From Kudoa neothunni (lineage: Eukaryota > Animalia > Cnidaria): 64,000 nucleotides of DNA. Shown here piece by piece: positions 27,340 to 40,960 of the stretch. The notes below the pieces were generated by a model. The model saw only the letters and a program-made list of their open reading frames with translations, did no database searches and had not been told where the DNA came from. Positions within the stretch are counted from its first letter, which is position 1. Every line of letters begins with the position of its first letter. The stretch covers positions 3,018,147 through 3,082,146 of the forward strand of contig OZ199838.1 in assembly GCA_964304625.1 (NCBI GenBank). The letters are read 5' to 3'. The position numbers and the translations under genes were made by a program.

Positions 27340-29912
27340 ATAATATAAATATTAGATTTGATGAATTTCCTGACCGATACTTCAAATATGGACAGTATTA
27401 CACAAAAATTACATTTGTTAAAAATGAACTAAATATATAATAGCGAAAATAAATTAAATTTATTATCCCACGAATGTGGAATATTAATGTTCAATATTGT
27501 CCTTTTTAAAAGCCTCTCAATCTTACTCTTAATCTTAGTTGAGAAATTTAATATTTTGTGCGAATTCTATATTTATGAAAAATCTATTAATTTTATTCGT
27601 CAGTTTTTGAAATAAAAACTAGTTATGGTATTTTAATTAATGGTGGTTTCCACAGGTAGTTAAAATTAATATTAAATGGTGTCTACGAAACATCTCCTTT
27701 AATTTACAAAGGTCTCATTTATAGAATATACTCATTAGAATCTGCTCTAATTAATTATATCTACATTATCGCTACGTTCTAAGCTTCACGAAATAAGAAA
27801 CTATAGTAATCACATCACACATTGGGATTAAATTTATACGTATAAATGGTTACCATATTAATTCAAATAATACAAGATCATGTCATTGCTCTTGCCGAGC
27901 TCAACTAATAAAATTAGCTCTACAGTTTTCCCATTTCGATATAAAATAATTTTTAATGCTCATGTAACGAACATACATTGGATTAAAAATTATAATAAAT
28001 TTATTAATGTTCCGAAGTTAATTTATGGGATCAATGAACTAAATTTAATGTGTCAAATATTCAAAAGGTGTAAAAATTTAATTATTTATTTATTTCGGCT
28101 GTAACAAACTATTTTATTTAAAAGTAGCATAACGAGAAAAATTCAAATTATTAATAACAGAAATTAACACTTAAAATTAATAAAAAATAACAAAAATATC
28201 ATTAATGGCTCTAGAAGTTTATATTATATCATCAAAATATTTAAAAACTTGATCAAGTGATAAGGATGATAAAACTCGGGAAATTTCATTAAGAAATTTT
28301 TAAAATATACTGCATCATTCATACATAATATAGAAAAAATTAAATATTCAAAACCGAGGGAAAATTGATTCCATAAATAACTTATTTTATCCAACATGCG
28401 TTATTATATAATTATAGGTTGATTCGCAATTTTTACATTAATACAAAAATAATACTAATATAATTCACCTAAATAATATTTAAATGTCAGAGTAACGTTA
28501 AACTCGAATTAAATCGAAAAAAACAATCATATAAATATAGACAGCAACAAATTTTATACAAAAGTAATTGACTATGTAATAAAATAACTCGATAATGCAA
28601 CCCTATAATAATTTAATCACTTTGAAAAAATTTCGATCATTGATGTTGATAAATGAATAAAAAAATATTTTTTATTATAAAAACATATTGAATAATAACC
28701 ATTGTAATACAAAAATACAAATCAAGAGTCAATAACATTCACGTTTAATATTCTATCATTTTAAAATTAATGGATACATTTATATATGTGAGCTTGTGAA
28801 CATTAAAATTTAACCATATACCTGTTTACGCGCAAAATTAAATTGTTAATCAGCTTTGTTGATTATCGATTCTAATTAATTTAGATTTAGATGATTATTT
28901 TATATGCGTAGTTATAAAAATAAACAGAAAAATGTTTTAAAAAATTAATTCTATCAATTGAAACGTACATTTTTCTTTTTTATTAGGTTACGTGAAAATA
29001 AAATCCACAATAAGAATTAAAATATATAAATATAATTAAAATGAGAAACCCACTTGAGCCTGATTGATCATAAGGAAAGACAATGTAGGATCCATGGTGG
29101 TATTCCCAATGAACGGTCTTTTCTTGGTGCAAAACTCAGTGGTTAAAGAAGCTTTTCCAGTCGCGAACTAAACATGCAAATAAATAGGACGATATCAACA
29201 ATACGTGTTTATTACAAACTGCCCAAAATAAACCAAACACTGAAATTCTTTCGTCTCCGAAAAGGGAGAATAATCAAACAACAACCAATAGGATGCATCG
29301 TAATTCTTCAGAGAAACTTGATTTTTTTCAAAAGTGTTCACCAAGATTTCCTTTAACCATTTTAAGAAACAAGTTCCAATAAATATATTTATTAATTGAT
29401 TAAAAATTTGTTTACATTTATAAAGTTTATTCTGTCTTGTTGACCTATTGATTTAAAAAAAGAGGCCACATCGATTCGAATAGATTTTGATGGATCGATG
29501 TCAGAATAAACCTATCTTAATGAGGTAAATAATCTAAAAAATAAAGCACCATTTTTTATCAATTAAAATATATACGCTTGTAATCAATGGTAGAATTTTT
29601 TTGAAACTAGTGGAAGTGACTGCATCCACAAGAACCCTCTTTAGGAGTACACTCCTTGAGGCAAATGTGATCACATTATCAGGATTTCCACTGGAAACCA
29701 ACAAATATGGTCTATTGGTTACATCGAAATCCTCCGATTCTTCCAAATGGAGGTCTAAATTGTGGGCTTCAATGATCGAATAAAATTCCTAAATATACAC
29801 AATACACAATGGATCCAATTATCTTGGTAAAACAAATAGTGCTATTAGTTATGAATACTTTGATTCGAAAATTGGTAAATTTATTGCTGTAGCAAAATAA
29901 ATATATCCTCAT
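24662..29912 (-). CDS. TRMT11: tRNA (guanine(10)-N2)-methyltransferase (multi-exon)
   Basis: Spliced motifs: MRIYLFCYSNKFTNFRIK (ATG 29912), KKRPFIGNTTMDPTLSFLMINQAQ, VKPNDVVCDPFCGT|GGILVAAARFG..GFDI, SDENIFLNFSHYGL, FDAIVTD|PPYGIRE, LKDGGHLVYWQP, GRLLVTMKK. Contains two ~1.7 kb introns. Confidence 0.93.
25949..25990. repeat. (ATTTG)n microsatellite in a TRMT11 intron
   Basis: About 8 near-perfect pentamer copies are directly visible. Confidence 0.9.
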
Positions 29913-32449
29913 TCTATGAGGTGATTGATGGGATCTGGATTAGTGAGGCGGCTGACAATCACCAAAAAATGACAGCGCATTCCAAGTCAAAATAATATTA
30001 ATTTCGATTTTTATTTGTGTAAAAATGTAATTTTTAAGACTCAAAATTCAATAGATTATTATCAAGTCGTTTATTATTTCCAAGGGAAACAATAAATTAT
30101 TAAAAACATATCTGTATCAGTGTGGTTTCACTCTTGTTTATTTTTATCAATATTTATGTGTTACAATAATAATTAAGGCTTAGATATTATATTTACATTT
30201 TAACTCACTCTAATACTCGATTATAAATTATCCGGGCGTGTTTTTTAATGGTAATGTGATTAAGCAATAATAATAATAACCTTTGTAGATGTTTGTATTG
30301 CGTAAGTTAAATTAGAACGAACTTAAATTATAAGAAAAGATATTATTATTTTATAATATTATAAAAAAAGAATTGCCTTGGCATTCGTCTAATGAAGGCT
30401 GGCTGGCTGGCTGGTTGATGTATGAGACCAGAGGAAGGTAAGATCTCTCTGAAGTTTTCACTGAAACCCGTATTCAGAATGTCTTATCATCTTTCTTTTT
30501 ATGTTATCGACTTGTAATTATGATTGAAAGAAGCCGCGTTTTCTATAATATTCGTAGTTTTATCGCAATCTAAAATCTGATGCGAATTATCCTTTTCGTT
30601 TTTAATCTTCGTTTATAATATAAATGAATATGAAAAAAATAGTGCATTCTGGTGCTCTATTCCGAATATTTTCTCAAAATTCTTTTTTAAATATTATATT
30701 GATTTTTATATATTGGAAAAAAATTGAAAATAATGTCAGGAATTATAACATTAGAAAATACATTCAAAAATAATGCTTTCAAAAACAATGATTTTTGTTT
30801 TTATGCATAATCTTAATATTTTTACAAGATTTGGGTTTTTATATAATTAGTCATAGTTCTAAAATATTCGTATATATAATATTTGAAATGTTAGGGAGTT
30901 CATTTAAAAAATTTATACAATAATTAATATTCTGAATTATCCAATAAACTATTATTGTCATTATTTATAATTATATAATCGAATTATTTCAGAATTAAAA
31001 ATATATATACTAAAACTCAACCTGTTGTACCTCTTTTGAAAAACTTTAGTTCTTAAAATTTTTTGACATGGGATGATTTTGAAAATGAGAAGTTGACATC
31101 GAAATTGACACCAAAATACAAAAAAACGATCGATACAAACATATTAAATATATATATATATATATATATATGTCATAGTTTACCAATCAGATACATAATA
31201 AATTTCCAATGTATATTAAACTATGAATATTAAAATGAAATTTTTCCATGATCATTAGACATACGAATATGATTTTTATTTAATTTTCATTTTTTGCTAT
31301 AATTTTTTATGGTAATGGCTTCCAAATTTTACTTTGGCATTTTAACTCCTTAAATCGTTTCAATCAACCAATTTTACGTAATTTATTATCTTCATAACAC
31401 GAGAAAGACATTTTGGCATGAAAGGATGGAGATAAAATATAAATGTAAATAAATTCAAAAACAGATATCTCAGTATCTACATAAACTTATATTAAGTGTG
31501 TTAGAGAAGAAGAAAAAAAGGATCATCGGACAATATTGTCCATTTAATCTTTTATTAATATAAATACAACTTTTTGGTGGCATTAATATATCGCATTATC
31601 GTGTAAATATTTAAATTTTGTTGATTAAATTCAACTTTAAAAATCTATATTTAATAAGTTATGGTTAAAAAATATGCTTTATCTTAAAATTCGGCTAGTG
31701 CAAAATCCAAAATAGCTTAAAATATTTATAAATTTACCTGAGTTTCTCTTTGCTATTTAATATTACTTAAAAGGGATATAAATTTTAAATGTAAAAACCT
31801 AGTGATTGATTATATTTGTGTGCGCATGCGCAAGATATGCGATGGATTTATCGCTGATCTTTATTATTCTTTATTTAATTAAAATATAAACTTATATATT
31901 TATAAATCATAAATTCCCCCTATTTCTATTTGACATATTTTATTTAATCAAAAAATTCCAAATAAATGAGTTTATTGGTGATATTTCAAATATTACCCAG
32001 TGTTTAATTTTGTGAGATGTAAAGATAAAAAACCAATTTTCATAAAATTCTTTTTATAAACTCCAAAGCTTGGGGAAATTTATAATATATCCAACAAATA
32101 TTTCGCATTAGTCAACCTTTCGTACGTATTTTTTGATACCGCACTTACATTACAATCAGTGTATAGAAATCTATATTATAATATTTAACTAGTAAAAGTT
32201 TGATGAGCTAATTTTCAAAAAATAATACCCCTGCCTAGGCAGATATCACATGCACCTCAATGCTACCTTATTATATGAGTGTACCAATTATTACTATTCA
32301 TTTTTAAAATAATTAATGAATATATTAAAGCAAAATAAAAAGAATTAACAGTAAAACTCTCTCAATTTTGTAAAAAATTGAAGAAAAGCACTATTGCAAT
32401 TAATCAAAATTCCCAGGAGAGATAGCGAAGAGTCAGAAATAATCAAATA

Positions 32450-32952
32450 TGGTGGATTCGAGAGAATAAAATTCATAGTTCAACCATTAATATGAGCTGT
32501 TTTTGTCCCAAATGTACGTTGTGCAGGCGCGGGTGCTATTTGCGATTAAAAAGAATCCGTTGCAATAGTCATTAATTGGCCGCGGAAAAGAAGCACATTG
32601 GTGTGATATTCGGGCTCAGAACTGTGTGGTTACAGCGTACACTCATTGTGGAGATGGGGTGCACCAACAGCCAAACTCGCGTGAATAAATAGATGGTTGA
32701 ATCTCCGTAACCCATCGAAAGGCAAGTAATTTGCAGTCCCCACAGAGCCAACGTCCTTAAAGGGTTAAAGGGATAGGGTGTGGGTGGTGGTCGCCCTGAG
32801 ATGAGGAGGATATGTTTAGTGGGTTAAAGTCCCACACTACCGCATATAACGATAACGATAAGGGACGGGGTTTCATGTTATTTCCTGCGTTAATCGAAGA
32901 GGTCTGACCAGCCACAACTCCCACAACCTAGCAAGTTAAAGTTAAAGTTAAA
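32450..32952 (+). mobile_element. GC-rich structured SINE-like or non-LTR 3'-end element
   Basis: Non-coding GC island in AT-rich DNA with a GTTTAGTGGGTTAAAGTCCCACAC hairpin motif, ending in an (AAGTTA)3 tandem tail at ~32933-32952. The 5' boundary is uncertain. Confidence 0.45.
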
Positions 32953-33225
32953 AAGTTGCGCCAGGGGTTTTACCTTGTGTGTAAAAAACATAAAAAATGA
33001 TCATTCAAATAAAACGAGTTGTCAAAAACTTTAAAAAAATCGCAACTATTCGCATGCAATTAATTTGGAAGAAAGAGAAAACCGCCCAATTAATTCACAA
33101 AATATTGTGATATATACATAAAAAATGCGCGCAATAAGTATCACATCTTTTAGTGAGGTGAAACAACAACGCTAAAAAATCTCAATGAAGTAACAAGGAC
33201 ATGTTATAAATATTAATGGCTGGAA

Positions 33226-36200
33226 CTATTGAGATTGACGAGGGATAGCACACATAGAACAAATAACGTGTCCTTCCATGTCTTTCTCCAGAGTTTCGTT
33301 GATATATGTACAAACAGAACAAGCCCAATTCACAGGAATATATTCGTTGGTAACATTATTATCATCATCATCATCATCATCAACAGTAATAGCATCCGCT
33401 GGAGTGGTTCCAGATGCCTAAAATCGATTCCAAACAAACATAAATAATCACACACAACAATAATCTACATTGTGGGGATTGTTTTCAAATGAGTTGTTTG
33501 GAGATATTGCGTCAGTACCATCTAAACAATTGCATTTATTAGTTAAACAAACAATAGTCAATAGGTATGCAGATCGTTTTGGAGATTGCATTAGACTATC
33601 AACTGGGAAAGATACAAGAATTTGGTGAAAGTGCCCGGCGCTTCCTTAAATTTTTGGATTGCAATGTTGGTGAATGTAGATCACCATTAACCAATACGTC
33701 TAATTAAAATTTAAGTTAAACACTGAACAAACATACACGCGAACCACTATTTAATTATGCATCATTCTTAGGAAATTGAGTGTTGTTTAATAGCCCACAT
33801 TATGCCAAACAAAACGACAGCAGAAATAATGCGCTAGATCACAAATATTTACCGTTACTTAAAATTGTGGCCACCATCTCATTCCATTGTTCCGAACCGA
33901 GAAAATCAACAAAGTTATCAAAATTATTCTCCCGAAAAATATCACAGAGCGATAAAGCAACATTCTATTGGTTTGTGGAAATATCCATCAACAACTATAA
34001 CAACTATAGAGAAACAAAAGCTGTATACTGTGAAAGTGGGTTCCACTTGGGTGATGAGGAATAGAAGCACGTTGAAATTTTTCAAGTCCCTCCACAATGA
34101 ATCGTAGTCGTGTGTTTTGGTTATTTTGTGCAGTTCACGAAACGACTAAATTCATAAGAAATTACATTCAAACAACACATCTTCCACGTTAGACAATTAC
34201 AGGAACTTCAGATGAATACTGTCTATGAATATGATGGAAACCATTGTGGAACAGCATTGGACGTTGATCAATGGGAAATCCCACTGAAACCTAACTTATG
34301 CTATCAATTTATTGAACAATCAAGCAATTGTACTTGCACCAGGAAATAATCCACAGGAACAGGTCTTGCAATTTTTGTTACTGTGTTATTGTATTGGTCG
34401 GTGAGCTAAATCGGTTGGACGATAAGAACGTTAATCTAATAAAATCTATTGATCTCAAATTACATTGTAGAAAACATCAGGAACAATGTGTTTATTAGTG
34501 GATTCACGAAGGTAGGCCAGTCCAGGATTGTCAATTGTTGGCACTATACAATCATCTTCAACGAGAGCCATCGCTTGAACCGACATCTTCATTATAAGCA
34601 GGAATAACTCAATCATTTGAAAAAGCGATAAAATTCACCTGCCAACCACTGTAATCGATTTGGTGGTCCGAATTGCCGGAAATAACCACTGTGACAAATT
34701 TCGACCCAAAATAACCATTGGGGGAGAAACGACAAACATTCTTGTAACGATTTTGAAAGGTGGCAGCAGTAATGCATTCTTGCGAGGAGACAAAAAATGT
34801 CTCCTTATTTCTGCAATATTCGACAATATGATCAGTGGTTTTAGAAGCGATCAGTTGTGTATATATCCAACCTATCTACATAAAATATATTGGAAAATAA
34901 TTATTTAATTTCTTCACAAAAAGGAATCTACTCTCTTCAAACCTAGACGATCAGCCATTTCATTAACTTTTCCTTCGTCTGGATCATCCAATAGTTCGAT
35001 TGTTTCGCTCGAATTAAACTAACAACAAATCAAATAGGTTGATATTTATTTGAATAGAAAAGAATTACTTGAGGTGGCTCATAAATAGCAACAATGTTGG
35101 AACGAATTCCCAACGCCGCGGATGATTCAAGCGGATCGAAATAACCGTACAAAAATCCCATTCGTTGAGCTCCAGTTTTCCTCCAGAAATCAATAAAATA
35201 ATTGACCATGTCAGTGGATTGAAACATCACATTGTCGACAAATCGAAATTTCTAGATAACGCCAAAAATTCAATCAAGTACTTTTTGGAAGAGCAAAAGA
35301 AAATCAACTTGATGCTCAAGCATAATCGCTGAAGGGATGCATTTGTTACAGGATGCAAGAGGCCATGGGGGATGTATAGTACAATTGGTATCCACCTTAC
35401 AATTGGGAGTATCAAGAGTGATAAAACCGTCCTTGCCTCCACTTTTCGATTTCAACGATCGTACATAACAATGAAAAGGCAAATGTTTTAATGGGGGATT
35501 CAGTTGGGATAAATATTCAGGATCAAAAACCTAAATACATTCGTCCATTAAACCATTCAATCGATTGTATTTAATGGCATTTGCGCGTTAAATTGACTGA
35601 ATTTAATAATCGATTAAAAATCACTTCTAACGGAGCACAATGAACACATTGTCCATCTGAAATGTGACGACAACTAAAGTTATAGTTTAAGTGGAATATC
35701 GAACGTTAAAAACTATATACAGTTGTGGATTGAATGATCTTTTGACCAGACCGGATTGTTTGTACAAATACAAATCAACTTCATCCTCTTTTAGGTGGTT
35801 CTTTTCCAAAAACGAACTTCTAATTGAGAAGCTATCTAAATCTGTAGATGTACTTCCATTGAGCTTCTGTTTGGAGAGGAAAGATGAATTGGGCAGGCTG
35901 GAAACCGAAGTATCTTGATAGCCGTCCATAAACTCATCTTCAACCACATACAAAAAGTCACCATTTCTAGTTGTGTTTTAATGATCACTTTTACACTGAG
36001 ATCGAAGAAAATACTTCAATAATTGATCAATTTGGACAAATTCTTCTGTATTCAGCGGCTGTTGTCTTTTTGGATCAAAATACACACGAAAATCTTCAAT
36101 ACAAACTCCAATATTTACACTAATCTAAAGATTTATAAAACTTAATAGTTTCTGACTGGCATATCATTTTATTTACGGCCTCCTTGAGATGAGCTATCAA

Positions 36201-36305
36201 GGTGTCTTCCCCTACATTCAGCCTTTTGATTCCATTTCTGGTATTAAGACGAATTATCTAAAGATGCTTTAGTTATGAGGGGTGAATGTCAGACAAACCA
36301 ACCAT
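33226..36305 (-). CDS. NPLOC4: Nuclear protein localization protein 4 (p97/VCP-UFD1 cofactor), multi-exon
   Basis: M|IIRLNTRNGIKR (UBXL), EDEVDLYLYKQSGLVKR, CRHISDGQCVHCAPLE, HLPFHCYVR, CTIHPPWPLASCNKCIPSAI, FWRKTGAQRMGFLYG, VAIYEPPQ, EQWNEM and a C-terminal NZF WACSVCTYIN...CSMC. Stop at 33226-33228. Confidence 0.95.
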
Positions 36306-38550
36306 CAAAATGGTTAAGAGCGTAGTGTGTGTTGCGTGCGCGTGATTCAGCTAAAGCAACATATTTGATAACTTTGGTTGTGAGCATATTGCCAAAATTA
36401 AAATATTATATATGCGTTATTATTTTTATATGTTAATCGAATATTTATTAGTACGAAAAAATTTTCGTTTGTGTTAATCTTTAATAATAATAATAAAGTA
36501 GATTGAAATACACAGCTTTGCTTATGATGAGAATATTTTTTATTGATAATTCTCGTCAAAATATGCAAAATAATATAGTTGGTTAATTTAACTTATAGAA
36601 GGAATTATAGTAAACAATTTGGATAATAGCATCCTTTCGATGATCATTATTAGCGAAATTAAGATTAATATCATTTTAACGAGATAATAAAAATAAAAAA
36701 AATATTTGAAATAAATTATGAATCTATCTATATATATATATATATATATGAAGAATTTTACTCGTGAAAGTTTAATTTAGTTAGAAGCTCATGTAAAATC
36801 TGTCGACCCTAAGTTAGTATTATGGCACCTTAATTTTGTTGATCATAACATGAACTATGAATATAATTTAACTTAATTAAGATAATTTGTAAGATTTTCT
36901 GCATTCAAAACCATTATTCGAATTTTTTAAGTGTATTTATATCGTCAAATATATCAATTTCTTGTATTTAGGATGTATATGTGCGCATTTTATAAAAACA
37001 GCTATTTTATGTATAAACAGATGACGTTGTCAAATTAATTGTTGATTATAGTCAATATTTAGGAATGTTAACTTCAACCGACAATCGCTATGAAACAAGC
37101 AGGTTTAAATTTTATCACGATAAAATCACCATTCCTTAAGTGCTATTGGGTTTTATTGTGAGGAAAAATTTGGAGTTGGAAAAAATAGAGAATATAAGAA
37201 ATTCTAGAAGTAGAGCTGCTCAATGAAATTATGCGAACGTCATCGATAAGAAACCTTTAAAATTATCATATGACAACCGAATATTATTTATTCCAAATTT
37301 TATTCTTATTATTACCTTTAAAATTTATTGTATGTTATAAACACAAGGAATTTTTTTTATAAACAAGAATAAAAAATAATCATTTATTTTGCACGGGAAA
37401 AAATTATTCGAAGTTCTAAAATACTCCTAGAACGAATTATGGTCGAAGTCCGAGGTTGCATTGTATGTATATATATACGAATTATGATGAATAATTAATT
37501 AACATTATTAGATATAAATATTTTAATTTATATATTGGATATATTTATTAAATGATAATTTGTTATATGTAAAATTTTGAATTTCGTAAAGATGGGGGTT
37601 ATCAATCGCTTTTTTAAAGTTATCTCCATCGGTTTGGTGAAAAATCTAATTTAACCCTTTAACTTGGAAGTCAAATTCATACTTATTTTAAGGTTTTATA
37701 TTAATTAAACTAGGACAGAGGACATTTCCACGGTAAATTCTTATCAAAAAGGCATGTTCGCCTGTGTTTATGACAATTTTTAATCCCATAAACTCGAACT
37801 CAGAAGCTATCTACATATTTTAGTATTTTCTATTTTTATAAATTAAATTAGATTAAATTAAATTAAATCCTGGCCAATATGGTCGTTTTTAAAGGACAGT
37901 CAAAACTAATGATACCTAAATATTATTTACCATGAAAATAGTCATTTAATATTTTTTTATTATTATTGAGTTACAAAACTAAAAGATTAGCGAAACACAA
38001 AAGAAAGAGACTCATAATAGTTATATAAATAGTTGTTTAACACTTATCTTTAAAACGATTTAAGAATTACTGTCGACTTCTTATTTAGTTTAATAGCCCT
38101 GAATTATAACTCCTTATGAATCCTGAAGTGTGTCACAAACCCAATTATGTAAAAATTCCCCCTATTCACTTTTGATGTTACTTAATTTACACTTGTTATT
38201 TAAAAGTTAACCCCAAGGGGAAAATTTACTCCCAGCTGAGAACCTCTGTAATATATCATCAAGTGAATATTTTAGAGACAACATAAAAAATAGTTGAAAA
38301 GGATAGTAAGAGAAGATTTAACGAATCATAACCGATACCTAGGAATTATAGCTAAGGAATTGAATTTCTTTTCGTTAATATAAAAATTAATAATCTCTAG
38401 TTTTTGGCACCTTAAATGGAAACGTGTTAAAAAATGTATTCACAACTGTATAGATGCTGCTGCTAGTCGAACTCCGTAATCCCCAAATGAAGTATGAAGT
38501 ATGAAATTAGAGTTTTATTTCCATTATTTATTTTTTTATTTTGGAAAACA

Positions 38551-39119
38551 ATGGTAAATTATTAATAAAAATGGCGGAATTATAATACGGATAAAATAAA
38601 TAGTCTGATTCGGAAAGTGACTCATTTGATACGGATGCGTTGAAAGAGATTCTAGACAGTCCAGCTACATTTCAACTATTTACAGGGCTTGAGTCGATTG
38701 AGGAGGCTATAAAAAAGTCGGTTGCACCAGCCTATAAACATATTTTAAATAGTCAAAGTAAACGGACCGAGATAATGACCAATTCGAACACAAACTCCAC
38801 AGTCGATGATAACTCCGGAAATGTTGAAAATTCGACCGCCAAATTGGACACCTTAAGTATCAATGATCTGAAACTTTATGATAAAAACATGACAGTCAAG
38901 TTGGACAATGTTACAATTTCTCAAACTATATGCGAGGGTACTAAACAATGGATTCAGTGTGATCTACACGAATTAGTTAACGTGCTTGATACTTTTTGGG
39001 GAAGGAATGATAACAAGTTGTGTATTCCAGCGATGAAAAAAACTTCGTTAGATCATATAGATTTCACAAAACCGAAAATATCTGTACATCCAATAGCACT
39101 GCTGTTACAAATCATGTGA
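38551..39119 (+). CDS. Unknown ~172-aa protein with an acidic N-terminus (very weak CUSTOS-like resemblance)
   Basis: ATG at 38551, then a GTAAAT...AATAG intron (38554-38603), giving in-frame MSDSESDSFDTDALKEILDS... that continues into ORF 38640-39119. Confidence 0.6.
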
Positions 39120-39659
39120 AAAATCTCTGTCAAAATGAAATTCAATGTCATGTTTTTGCCAATGAGACTTTTCTGTCCAAACTAAATTGCTACAACCTTC
39201 CTAAATATCTCCAAATCAAATATCAATGTTTACACAGTGAATCACACATTAAAACGGATATTTTATATTCACTGTAATATTTTATGTTACGTATAAATTT
39301 TTGGAGGTTATTTACGTTTTTTAAGATATTTTCTCGCTCTTTCATTTCGTTATTTTGATCAACTTTCTCTCATTAATGCGCATCTGCATAAAAAACGATA
39401 ATTAATTTATAGATTCGATTTCATTTTATCATATAATTTTTGTTTCCTGATATTTTAACTTCTACAATTAAAAAGGCAAAATATCCAACAGACATCCTCA
39501 AAGTAAATATCTGTGGAATAAGAACAATTGAACGTGTTTAAAATTCTAGTAGGGATGACGCTAGTATTTTTTTTTTAATTTTTTGATAACCGGAATATTT
39601 ATTTAGTCCGTTAGTTCTTAGCCTATTTAATTAAAACCAAACTTCTATTCGTCTCCTAA

Positions 39660-40960
39660 CTTATGTCGGCAAATCCAACTTGTCAGAAATATCTTTTAAT
39701 TTCTTTTGAGTGATGGTTACTGTTACGGCAAATTTAATCCTAAAAATGAATGTACACATGAGAGACCACATTTTTAATCCTAAGGTTAAAGTGTAGAACA
39801 GGTCGGTGGATTAGTTCAAAATTTGTTCGAATAAGAATTCCTATAAAATAGATAACTTAATAAGAGACGTTTATTTTAAATAGTCTGAAATAATTTTACT
39901 TAACTTAAATGGGTGTGAGCATAATTTTTGGATTAATCACATTGAAAGACATTGTCAGAACATAAATTCATAATTGATCAAATTCTGTACTATCAGTCGA
40001 GGCATATATGAGATTAAAATCTTTATACAGTAAGTGAATGATTTCCCCCATTACTAAAAGTTACTTATTTTGACCGACCTATCGAATATTAGCAAGATAA
40101 CGTTTTTTTTAATCAAGTTAGGTTACTAATTTTTATAAAAATAAAATTATAACGTTTTAAATAACATAAGCAGTGAATAATGGTAATTGCTCACTTTCTT
40201 AGGAGTTGGCAATACATATTCCCTGTACAAATCTATTATCTATCTGCGTGCGCAGAAACATAAAATTCAGTTATTATCTTCAAAATAGGCCGATTCACAA
40301 TTATTTTTTGAAATAATGTATTTTAGCTATTCATTTTACGTTACATATTATAATTTGAAATACTGTATCCATCATGATGTGGAGATGATTTAACCCAAAA
40401 TTTTATTAAATCGAACACCCCGTGTACTTCTGAGAAGTAATTTTTCAGTTTCTCTAGGTTTACAACGAATTTAATGTGGTCATTTTAACTTATATCGATT
40501 TCAATTTTGTCATTATTTTTAATTTTTATCATTAGTAATTAATGGAATTTTTTAATATTCGAACAACGTAAATTATAACACTAAAATTTTATACTTTTTT
40601 ATAAAAGATTATAAATAAAAATTATAAATTATTTCTTAGTTATACATTTTTTTAACTTATTAATCTTGCGTATTTGAGACGATATATAAATATTAATGGA
40701 AGATATATACAAAACATGTTTTTTTAAATCATTATTTTCTATATCATAATGATACATACATTTGTATTTGTCGTGATTAAAAATATTACATCTCTAGTAA
40801 AGTTCTTCTTAAAACTTAAAGTTCTATTAATTAAACTTAAAGATGAATATATACTTTTAGCGTATTCGCTAAACGTTAAACCTACGCTATTTGGTTTTAA
40901 CGTTGATTCATTGGTGTTCATTGGTCTATACGCAGATTCGTTGTTGATGGATAGAAATTA
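39660..40960 (-). other. Possible divergent multi-exon gene or gene remnant
   Basis: Several short open stretches with plausible splice sites (IKFAVTVTITQKKLKDISDKLDLPT*, FVVNLEKLKNYFSEVHGVFDLIKFW, ORF 40739-40921). No family was recognised. Confidence 0.25.

Noticed and set aside
5455-31832. TGCGCATGCGCA (NRF1-type) palindromes at 5455 and 31821
   Set aside because: They are not adjacent to identified gene starts, and such palindromes also occur in repeats; regulatory function cannot be supported.
32730-32876. RNase MRP-like P4 pairing (AGTCCCC ... ACGGGGTTTCA)
   Set aside because: The CR-I GAAAG and CR-V contexts do not match and no P1 helix was found; a SINE-like reading fits better. An Infernal search would settle it.
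33229-35918. Plus-strand ORFs at 33229, 33780, 33865, 34660 and 35691
   Set aside because: All are antisense shadows of NPL4 exons.
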